From the sequence record ON529851.1: 64,000 nt of DNA, one strand, 5' to 3'. A program made the position numbers and the translations under genes. This document shows positions 19,247 to 26,650 of the stretch, one piece after another. The notes under the pieces were generated by a model, which saw nothing but the letters and a program-made list of their open reading frames with translations, made no database searches and had not been told where the DNA came from. The number at the start of each line of letters is the position of its first letter. Position 1 is the stretch's first letter.

Positions 19247-19659
19247 GCCTCGACCTCCTCTTCGACTTCGGCATAGGCGCTGGGGATGCGCTTGTTCGTG
19301 TGATCGCAGAACAGATCGGGGTCCTCATAGTTGATCTGGACGCTGTCGAGGCGCCAGCCGGTCGAGGCGTCGTGCAGGTGGTCGTCACAGACCAGCGTGA
19401 AGTTCGCCTGCACCGCGTCGAACGACAGGGCGACGCCGTCGCGGGTGGCGAAATAGAGCGGATAGCCGCCGAGGTCCGTGTAAGGCCCGGCGCGCAGCGC
19501 GGCCTTGACCTGCTGAAGCGCCTTGACCGGATCGGCGTCGAAGCGGGCGGCCGATCCCTTATAGGCGGCGCGCAGCGGCTTGGCGGTTCCCCAGCCGGGC
19601 TGGCGGGTGTCGTAGAGGGCGCCATCGGACGAGGCGAAAAGGTGGGCGGGCAATGTCAT
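19243..19659 (-). CDS. Phage hypothetical protein (GGYPLYF...INYED..L.CDH)
   Basis: RBS, promoter, recalled phage motif. Confidence 0.8.
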   Translation of the reverse strand: MTLPAHLFASSDGALYDTRQPGWGTAKPLRAAYKGSAARFDADPVKALQQVKAALRAGPYTDLGGYPLYFATRDGVALSFDAVQANFTLVCDDHLHDASTGWRLDSVQINYEDPDLFCDHTNKRIPSAYAEVEEEVEA

Positions 19660-19828
19660 GGGGTCTCCTCCCGTTGCTGACCCTCCCTGTATCGCATGAA
19701 GTTCTTAACAACAAGTTAACGCCGCGTTTTATTTCCGGCGGCGGACGGCGGGCGTTAACCTTAACGCGCTGTTAAGGTTAATGCGAGCGGGTCGCGGAAG
19801 GGGCGCCCGGCCGAAGCCGGGCGCCGGT

Positions 19829-19969
19829 TCAGGCGGCGGTGCGGTAGCGGGTGTGGCCCCGGTCCCAGGTGTAGGCCTCGACCGATCCGCTCGGGTGGGG
19901 GTTGTTCCACCACTTGACGCCCCGGCGCGCGGCGGCGTAGCCCGCGCCTTCGATCTGGGCGGCGTCCAT
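19829..19969 (-). CDS. Rmf-like 46-aa protein
   Basis: MDAAQIEGAGYAAARRGVKWWNNPHPSGSVEAYTWDRGHTRYRTAA resembles the Rmf G.Y.A...G...(N/C)PY......W..G pattern. Confidence 0.5.
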   Translation of the reverse strand: MDAAQIEGAGYAAARRGVKWWNNPHPSGSVEAYTWDRGHTRYRTAA

Positions 19970-20214
19970 CAGGCGCCGATCCGGTGGGCCGGGCAGAAGC
20001 CCGACACGACCTTGACGCGACCACGCTTGAAACCGGGGCGCAGGGCGCGCGCCGAGCGTTCGGCGTCGGCGGTCTTCATGTGACCGCAGGCGCAGGACGC
20101 GCCGGGGTCGCGGGTCTGGGCCTCGCGCACCTTGTCGGCGCCGGCCTGTGTGCCGAGCCAGCCGCAGAAGGGCTCGCCGCCGACCGTGATGTGAGCGGGT
20201 TGGGTGTTAATCAT
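19969..20214 (-). CDS. Hypothetical protein
   Basis: Coupled ORF. Confidence 0.7.
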   Translation of the reverse strand: MINTQPAHITVGGEPFCGWLGTQAGADKVREAQTRDPGASCACGHMKTADAERSARALRPGFKRGRVKVVSGFCPAHRIGA

Positions 20215-20743
20215 CGTCGCCGTCCTCCTCGTCCTGGGGCATATCCTCGGCGTCGGTCAGGCCGGTGACGGTCCACCAGCCGAGGCCTTGAGCGTCACCC
20301 GACGTGTAGCCTTCGCGGACCATCGTCGCCATCGCTTCCAGCGCGTCGGCCACGTCCTCGTCGGTCATGGCGTCGTGACCGTTGAAGGTGAAGGTCGGCT
20401 TGACCGTCACCGGGGCGGGGGTCGATTCGCTGTTGATCTCTTCATGATGCGTCACGCTCTCGGCGACGATCTCAGCGAGGTCGTCGCCGACCAGCATCCA
20501 GTCTTCGGCGTCGCCGTCCGGGTCATAGACGACGAAGGCGCCGGGGTATTGCGCGACGCGGGCGCGCCAGCCGTTGCGCACCTCGGCGTGTTTCTCGCCG
20601 ATCCAGTCGGCGCCCATATGGGTTGCGCCCTCGTAGGCTCTGACCGGGAAATTGGTCGTCATCAGTTCGCTGCGGGTGGCGACGCGCAGGCCCCACACGT
20701 CGAGGGCGGTCTGGGCTTGCGTCAGGGTCATGGCGTCGGGCAT
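20207..20743 (-). CDS. Hypothetical protein
   Basis: Start MPDAMTL after AAGGAGG. Confidence 0.8.
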   Translation of the reverse strand: MPDAMTLTQAQTALDVWGLRVATRSELMTTNFPVRAYEGATHMGADWIGEKHAEVRNGWRARVAQYPGAFVVYDPDGDAEDWMLVGDDLAEIVAESVTHHEEINSESTPAPVTVKPTFTFNGHDAMTDEDVADALEAMATMVREGYTSGDAQGLGWWTVTGLTDAEDMPQDEEDGDDD

Positions 20744-20753
20744 CGGGGCCTCC

Positions 20754-20951
20754 TTAGAGATGGATCGCGGCGTCGAACGCCTGGGATTGCAGTTTCTTGG
20801 CGGCTTCGGCCTCGGCGGGGTAGAGCCGGGCCAGGCCGTCAAAGCGTTCTTTCTGATGCGAGCGCTCGCCCTCGGCGGCGGTCATGTGCATGACCTCGCC
20901 CCACAGGTGGGCCATTTCGAGGATCAGGACAGAGCGGCGGGAAGCGTTCAT
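20754..20951 (-). CDS. Hypothetical protein
   Basis: RBS and promoter. Confidence 0.75.
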   Translation of the reverse strand: MNASRRSVLILEMAHLWGEVMHMTAAEGERSHQKERFDGLARLYPAEAEAAKKLQSQAFDAAIHL

Positions 20952-21003
20952 GGCGGTCTCCTTGTTGACCTCGCCACCCTAGCAGCGAGGTCTTAACAAG
21001 AGG

Positions 21004-21249
21004 TTAACAGCGGCGGAGCATTTCACGCATCAGGGCTTCCTCGTTGCGGGCGATGTCCAGCGCGGCGCGGTCGTGGCCTTGCTCATGCGCCTGCTTGGCC
21101 TGCTGTCGGCAGATGTCCTGGCGCTTGCGGATGTCAGCCTCCGACAGGGTGCGGAACAGGGCGTCGGCCTCCTGATCGACCTTGACGGTCCAGTGCTGCT
21201 GCGATTCGTCGTCGGCGCGGAGATGGGCGGGGAAGTAGGCGTCGGCCAT
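21004..21249 (-). CDS. Hypothetical coiled-coil protein
   Basis: AGGAGG RBS. Confidence 0.75.
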   Translation of the reverse strand: MADAYFPAHLRADDESQQHWTVKVDQEADALFRTLSEADIRKRQDICRQQAKQAHEQGHDRAALDIARNEEALMREMLRRC

Positions 21250-21257
21250 GGGTCCTC

Positions 21258-21569
21258 CTAAAGGTTCTGGTCGCGGACGCGGGCGAGCGCGGTGTGGACG
21301 GCGGGGAGCAGGGTCGGCGTCTGGCCGCTCATCCAGAACTCGGTCGCGTCGCCCTCGCCCATCTGATGCGAGACGCCGTAGAAGCAGGCGCCGCGCGGGG
21401 TGTCGTCATTGGGGCATTGGACCCAGACCGGCAGGTCTTGGCCGTCGCGGGTGAGGACCAGCGCGTCATCCGTGCTGCCGTCGTCGGCGACCTCATAGCG
21501 GGCCGACAGGCCGGCAGCGGTCAGCAGGGTCATGGCGGCGGTCCAGGGGGCGCCTTGGGGAAGGGGCAT
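21258..21569 (-). CDS. Hypothetical protein
   Basis: RBS and promoter. Confidence 0.75.
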   Translation of the reverse strand: MPLPQGAPWTAAMTLLTAAGLSARYEVADDGSTDDALVLTRDGQDLPVWVQCPNDDTPRGACFYGVSHQMGEGDATEFWMSGQTPTLLPAVHTALARVRDQNL

Positions 21570-21704
21570 TGCGATCTCCTTTGTGCTGACCCTGTTCTAG
21601 CAATGATTCGTTAACAAGAGGTTAACGTCCTGCGCGGTGGTCCGGGGCGTTAACCTTAACAGGGTCAGGCCGGAAAACGCCCCGGCCGAAGCCGGGGCGC
21701 AGGG

Positions 21705-22595
21705 TCAGCCGACCCGCTCCTTCTTGAGGTGGTAGGACCGACCGTGGGTCATCAGGGAGCGGAACCCGCCCAACCGGGTCTCGCCCGGCGCCGGGGTCAC
21801 GACATAGACCGGATCGAGGAAGTCGTCGTTCCAGCGGATCACGTCGTCGAACGCCTGCGGCGTGTGCAGCACGACCTTATAGGGTTCGCCTTCGGGCGCG
21901 ACCAGATCGGTGGTGTGGTCCTCGTCGCCCTTGTAGCCGAACACCGACAGGACCGCGACCGGCAAGCCGTCGTCGAGCGTCGAGAGGTCTTGCAGGGCGC
22001 GGGCCTCGGCCAGCCGCTTGTGCGGCTCATAGAGGGCGCAGTCGCGCTTGAGCAGGTCAGCGCGCAAGGCGACGACACGCTGGGGCGTCAGGTCCAGAGA
22101 CGCGCAGGCCCCGATGACGACGCCGTAGATGAAGCCGAGTTCGTGCTGCGTGAGCGACACCATGCCGTCCATTCCCGCCGTCGCGACCTCCTGATTTTTC
22201 AGGCCGAACGCCGCCAGGGCGCCGGCGACGTCGCGGCACTCCTGCCGGGTCGGGGCGGTCTTGGCCTCGATGTGGAGGCGCAGGGTGTCGCGGGCCTTCA
22301 TCAGGTCCACAATCGCCAGCGACAGGCCGGTGTAGCGTCCATCTTCGACCGGGGCGGGCTTGGGCTTCGGGGCCGGGTAGGTCTCGACGCACAGCAGGCG
22401 GGCGCGGGTCTCCTCGACCGTATAGACCTCGACCTGATAGGCCATGCCGAGCGCCACGCGCAGTTCGTTGCGGATCGCCAGACCGGCCTCGGGGTCGGTG
22501 GTGGTCAGGCGCAGTTCGCCGATCCGGCGGTCCTCGCCCTGGGCGGGATGGCGGCGCGACAGTTCGAGGCGCAGGTCGTAGGGGGCGTCGGTCAT
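21705..22595 (-). CDS. Hypothetical early protein
   Basis: RBS, promoter, terminator. Confidence 0.8.
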   Translation of the reverse strand: MTDAPYDLRLELSRRHPAQGEDRRIGELRLTTTDPEAGLAIRNELRVALGMAYQVEVYTVEETRARLLCVETYPAPKPKPAPVEDGRYTGLSLAIVDLMKARDTLRLHIEAKTAPTRQECRDVAGALAAFGLKNQEVATAGMDGMVSLTQHELGFIYGVVIGACASLDLTPQRVVALRADLLKRDCALYEPHKRLAEARALQDLSTLDDGLPVAVLSVFGYKGDEDHTTDLVAPEGEPYKVVLHTPQAFDDVIRWNDDFLDPVYVVTPAPGETRLGGFRSLMTHGRSYHLKKERVG

Positions 22596-22648
22596 CAGGG
22601 TCTCCCGTGGTTGAGCGTCCGGTATAGCCGGAAGGTCTTAACAAACCG

Positions 22649-23020
22649 TTAACGGCGGTCTTCGCTGAGGCGGGCGAGTATTTCGTCGTTCGTCATCGTG
22701 TCCAGCAGGTCTTGCACCTGACGGGCCTTTTCGTCCTCGACCGCCTGAGCCGCCGCCTTGGCGCGGCGATGCTCGGCCAGCGCCGCCTTGCCCGCTTCGG
22801 TCGTCTCCGGGTCGATGGTCATGTAAAGGCTGACCTCGCGGCCCTGCCGATCCACGAAGGTCAGGCTTCCAGACGGACGCACCTTGACGGTGAACATCGC
22901 CTTGACCAGCCGCTCGGCGGTCTCTTGACCGAAGTCGCCGCCGAAGCTGCCGCCCGCCGCCTTGAGGGTGTTGTCGCTCTTGAGGCGGGTGTGATAGCCG
23001 ATGTTCTTGTAGGTGTGCAT
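22649..23020 (-). CDS. Hypothetical protein
   Basis: Start MHTYKNIG after AAGGAG. Confidence 0.8.
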   Translation of the reverse strand: MHTYKNIGYHTRLKSDNTLKAAGGSFGGDFGQETAERLVKAMFTVKVRPSGSLTFVDRQGREVSLYMTIDPETTEAGKAALAEHRRAKAAAQAVEDEKARQVQDLLDTMTNDEILARLSEDRR

Positions 23021-23030
23021 GGGGCGCTCC

Positions 23031-23369
23031 TTAGAAGGGAATGTCGTCGTCGAACGCGGGCGTCGTGACATAGGTCTGGGCGGGGCGGGCGCGGCGGGCG
23101 GCGTCCATCTCGGCGCGCTCCTCGTCCGTCGCGCTCCAATACTCGTCGTCTTCCGGGTGCGCGCCGGGCTCGCCGCGATAGTGCGGGTTCTTCACCCAAG
23201 CGTCGAACGGGTGCAGCAGCCACTCCACGTCAGGCGCCTCGAAGCCTTCCGACTGAGCGAACCCCGACAGGGCCAGGCTCATGTATTCGCCCTGGCTCAG
23301 CGACTCCATCGCCAGAGCGTCTTCCTTTTCGCGGCGGGCCTCTTCGGCCATTTCGATCACATCGCGCAT
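23031..23369 (-). CDS. Small acidic protein ending in SSB-like tail DDDIPF
   Basis: C-terminus PAFDDDIPF; W..NPHY.G.PG.HPE motif; no OB fold evident. Confidence 0.8.
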   Translation of the reverse strand: MRDVIEMAEEARREKEDALAMESLSQGEYMSLALSGFAQSEGFEAPDVEWLLHPFDAWVKNPHYRGEPGAHPEDDEYWSATDEERAEMDAARRARPAQTYVTTPAFDDDIPF

Positions 23370-23545
23370 CGGCGTCTCTCCTTGTGAGCCCCCTTTATGC
23401 CAGACAGAAGTTAACAACAAGTTAACGCCGACGCTTTTCTGCATTTTTCTTCAGGCGGCGGCTGCGGGCGTTAACCTTAACAGCCTGTTAAGGTTAACGG
23501 GCGGGCGGGGCCTGGGAAACGGCGTCCCGTAACGGGACGCCTCTC

Positions 23546-23614
23546 CTAGAAGGTGAGCATGATGACCAGCAGGGCCAGAAAGAGGCGGGAGGCGCCGGCC
23601 AGCTTGTCGATCAA
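23546..23614 (-). CDS. 22-aa hydrophobic peptide MIDKLAGASRLFLALLVIMLTF
   Basis: TTG overlaps upstream TGA; paralog of 6125-6193; hairpin follows. Confidence 0.6.
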   Translation of the reverse strand: MIDKLAGASRLFLALLVIMLTF

Positions 23615-24081
23615 GACTCGCTGTCCGCTTTCATCGCCGCGCACAGGGTTTCGACCAGCCGCTTGTGACGCGCCAGAGCGGCGGGGTCGGCGCGCTCGCC
23701 TTGGAAGGGGACCAGCACCAGAGGTGTGGCCGAGGGGTCCAGCGCCCAGAAGATTTCCGTCTCGCCGTCCGTCATCTGGTAGGTATAGACGTTCAGGTCG
23801 GCGGGGGCGTGGTCGAGGAAATAGACGCGCCCGTTGAACTTGACGTCGAAGGGCTGATCCGGCGTCGCCAAGTCGATCTCGGCCAGCACGGCGTCGCGCA
23901 CGGCGTCAATCGGGTGAACGCCGTCTTCGCCGATTTCATCAGGACGGGATTCGGCCTCGGCCTCCGCGTCGCGCTTGATGTCCTCGACCACGGCGGCGCG
24001 CGCCTCCTCCCAAGTCGCACAGGCGCTGGGCTCCTCGTCGGGCATGAAGCCCGAGACATTCGATCCGGTCACATAAGGCAT
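23611..24081 (-). CDS. Acidic hypothetical protein
   Basis: Start MPYVTGS after AAGGAGA. Confidence 0.8.
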   Translation of the reverse strand: MPYVTGSNVSGFMPDEEPSACATWEEARAAVVEDIKRDAEAEAESRPDEIGEDGVHPIDAVRDAVLAEIDLATPDQPFDVKFNGRVYFLDHAPADLNVYTYQMTDGETEIFWALDPSATPLVLVPFQGERADPAALARHKRLVETLCAAMKADSES

Positions 24082-24233
24082 CGGGGTCTCCTTGTTGGTT
24101 CCGATGGTGCAGACTACCCGACAAGGTCTTAACAAAAAGTTAACAGCGGCGCAATCGCTTTTCTTCGCGACGTTAACCTCTTGTTAACTTCCGTGTGGGA
24201 TAAGGGACAGGTCAACAACACAGGAGATCGCCG

Positions 24234-24479
24234 ATGGGCGAAGTCATCCCGCACCGCGTCTGGCGCAACACCCGGACCGAACGCACCGCTGGCGTGTTCG
24301 GCGCCGTGCCTTGGGTCTCGGACGCGGAGAAGTCCGACTGGGAACTGGTCACGGTCGGCTGGACCGTTCGCCACCCGGACGGCACGACCGGGGTCGGTCG
24401 CTTCGCCTTCGAGACGAAGGACGAGGCGCAGGCTTGGGTCGATGAGAATCCCAACTTCCCCGGCATGAGCCAAGGCTAG
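24234..24479 (+). CDS. Hypothetical protein, only + strand gene of the early zone
   Basis: AGGAGA RBS, inverted CtrA box 24173-24187, terminator about 24485-24515. Confidence 0.8.
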   Translation: MGEVIPHRVWRNTRTERTAGVFGAVPWVSDAEKSDWELVTVGWTVRHPDGTTGVGRFAFETKDEAQAWVDENPNFPGMSQG

Positions 24480-24533
24480 TCACAAGGGCGTCGGTCGCAA
24501 GGCCGGCGCCCTTCGCCGCTGCGACCGGCTCGC

Positions 24534-24893
24534 GTTAACCTTAACAGGGCGTTAACCTTAACAACCCTGCCCGCTCTAGGGGTATGACCGGGTAGGGCCA
24601 GGTATGACCGGGTCATACCGGGGCGGATTCCCGCTGAAAATCACCCAAATTCGCCGAATTTCGCCCAAAATCGCCGGATTTTGACCTTAAATCACTGTTT
24701 TTACTCGATTTTTCAGGTTTTCAGGCGGTTCAGCGGCCGTTAACCTTAACAGGGCGTTAACCTTAACGCTGGAATGGTTAACGGGGCGTTAACCTTAACG
24801 CGGGGATGGTTAACGCGGTGTTAACCTTAACGCCCGGATGGTTAACGGGCCGTTTACCTTAACGCCGGGAGGGTTAACGCCCCCAGGGTTAAT
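24534..24893. promoter_or_regulatory. Dense gene-less cluster of TTAA boxes; GGTATGACC-G-GGTCATACC palindrome at 24601-24619
   Basis: Chained GTTAACCTTAAC and TTAA-N7-TTAA units. Confidence 0.75.
24631..24727. repeat. Phased A/T-tract segment, inverted relative of 25802-25893
   Basis: A/T tracts about every 10 bp; reverse complement aligns by eye with 25802-25893. Confidence 0.7.
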
Positions 24894-24901
24894 CCGGGGC
24901 G

Positions 24902-25137
24902 CGTCAAATCGGGCGCGCGTCAAATTCGGCCGGCGTCAAATCGAAACGGCGTCAAGTCAGGTCGGGCGCGTTGAAGCGCGCTCGCGTCAAATCCAGATCG
25001 CGTCAAATTCGCGGGGCGTCAAATCGCGCTCCCGTCAAATCGGCCGCGCGTCAAATTCGCAGGGCGTCAAATCGGCCGCGCGTCAAATCGGCGGGGCGTC
25101 AAGTCGACCAGGCGGCGTTGAAGCGCGCCGACGTCAA
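24902..25137. repeat. 13 x CGTCAA, mostly at 16-bp period
   Basis: 24902, 24918, 24934, 24950, 24985, 25001, 25017, 25033, 25049, 25065, 25081, 25097, 25132. Confidence 0.95.
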
Positions 25138-25340
25138 GTCGGGCTGCCAGGGCGCGCCCGAGCGGGCTTGCGCGGCGCTCCGCCTTCCAGGGAGGACGAC
25201 CCGGAAGAAACGGCCTGAAACGCGCCCTGACGCGTCTTTGTAGCCCAGGCAGGGGCGCGGTCAAGCCGAGCGGGGCCGGGAAGGCCGTTTTCCGGGCCGT
25301 GGAGCGCCCTGGCGCGGGCGCGGCGGCCGCAGGGTCGCCG

Positions 25341-25789
25341 GAGTCACGAAATCCATCCACGGGCCGGAAAACCAGGCCCTGCGGGCGATCGTCAGTCACG
25401 ATACCTATGAAGCGTGACTCTGCTTGGATTTTTGTCAGTCACGAAACCCGGAGGCGGGCTCCGCCGGCGATCCTGGCGCCCAGGCGGGTCAGCGTCAGCG
25501 GTTGTGTCAATGCAGGACACAATAAGGCGCGATTGCGGCGAAACAGGATTTCAGACCGGAGTCACGTTTGCCGGAATCGAGGCTTGGGGCTTTTGTTGAT
25601 TTCATTGAGGTTTTTCTGGAAATCGCCGCGAAACGGAGTCACGAAGTCCGTTGTGCAGTGCAGCAATGCGCCGGATTTGAGCGGGTCCAGGCGGGGCGAA
25701 ACAGAGTCACGTTTCCCTAAGCCCATGAGATCGTTTAGCTTTTCAGGCGGGGTCGGCACCTGAGTCACGTTAGACACCAACGATGACTC
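25341..25789. repeat. AGTCACG cluster including N12 dyads at 25393 and 25762
   Basis: Half sites at 25341, 25393, 25413(rev), 25436, 25559, 25636, 25704, 25762, 25782(rev, degenerate). Confidence 0.9.
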
Positions 25790-25868
25790 CGGCAACAGAG
25801 GCCCGAAAACAGGCAAAATCGCTGTAAAATCAGGTATTTAGGGGTATTTTCGGGGATTTTAGGCGAAT

Positions 25869-26051
25869 TCAGCGCCGTTTTCGGTGAAATCGGGCCACAG
25901 ACTGGCTGGGAAGGTCTTGCCGCCCCGCTGAACGCCCGGCACGCTGCCGATGTCGCCGCTTCCGCTCCCACGGCGTGGGGTGGATGATCTGGACCGCCCA
26001 GAAGAGCAGCAGAAGGAAGACCAGGCCGCCCATCACGATCGCTATCGCCAT
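25869..26051 (-). CDS. Small membrane protein with basic tail
   Basis: MAIAIVMGGLVFLLLLFWAVQ...; AGGAGAG RBS. Confidence 0.6.
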   Translation of the reverse strand: MAIAIVMGGLVFLLLLFWAVQIIHPTPWERKRRHRQRAGRSAGRQDLPSQSVARFHRKRR

Positions 26052-26084
26052 TTCGCGCTCTCCTGCCCCCTGGGGAAACACCCA

Positions 26085-26290
26085 GGGTCCCTGACGGAAA
26101 AATTCGGATGGGTCCCCGGTCAGGAATTCGCCAGGGTCCCTGGACGAAGAATTCCGAAGGGTCCCCGGCGGGAAAATTCGCCAGGGTCCCTCGACCAGAA
26201 AATCCCGATGGGTCCCCGCCCGGATTATCGCCAGGGTCCCTGGGCGAAGAATTCCGAAGGGTCCCCGGCCCGAAAATCCGGAAGGGTCCC
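26085..26290. repeat. 9 x GGGTCCC at 24-26-bp period with AATT/AAAAT spacers
   Basis: 26085, 26110, 26134, 26159, 26184, 26210, 26234, 26259, 26284. Confidence 0.95.
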
Positions 26291-26650
26291 CGCAGGCTAC
26301 CACGCGGCGGCCGGCGCCGCCATGGGCGCCCGGCGTTAACCTTAATGGGGCGTTAACCATCCCTGTTAAGGTTAACGCCGGGGCAGGCCCCGTTAACCCT
26401 TTGATCGTTAAGGTTAACGCCGGGTGAATCTGGCGCGAGATCGTTGACAGGCGACTCAGGCGGGGTGTCGCGCTTATGCCACAGTTGAGCGGCGCCTTTG
26501 ACTGTCAACGAATCGCGTCTGGAAATCGCTTCCAGCGGAGCCCCGGTTTTGGACCTCTTCCTGACCTTTCCTGGATCATATCCCAACATCCAAAGAAAAA
26601 GGCCGGTGCAGGGCACCGACCTCTTTCGAGTCAGACGGGAAGGGGCCGGA

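Larger units (their letters stand above)
346..24187 (-). promoter_or_regulatory. Array of about 35 CtrA-box promoters (TTAA-N7-TTAA, then 11 nt, then TAnnnT -10)
   Basis: Boxes start at 346, 869, 1518, 2009, 2769, 3507, 3939, 4410, 4483, 4853, 5572, 7412, 8083, 8900, 9804, 10712, 11167, 11920, 12771, 13654, 14284, 15049, 16133, 16813, 17419, 17956, 18578, 19705, 20993, 21611, 22638, 23411, 24129, 24173 (last one faces +); degenerate at 3020. Matches the CtrA consensus. Confidence 0.85.

Noticed and set aside
372-24560. True integron attC sites
   Set aside because: GTTAACC/GTTAAGG do not fit GTTRRRY, no attC-length imperfect palindromes and no integrase in the window
25067-25971. ORFs across the right-hand repeat locus
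   Set aside because: Low-complexity translations of repeats with no RBS
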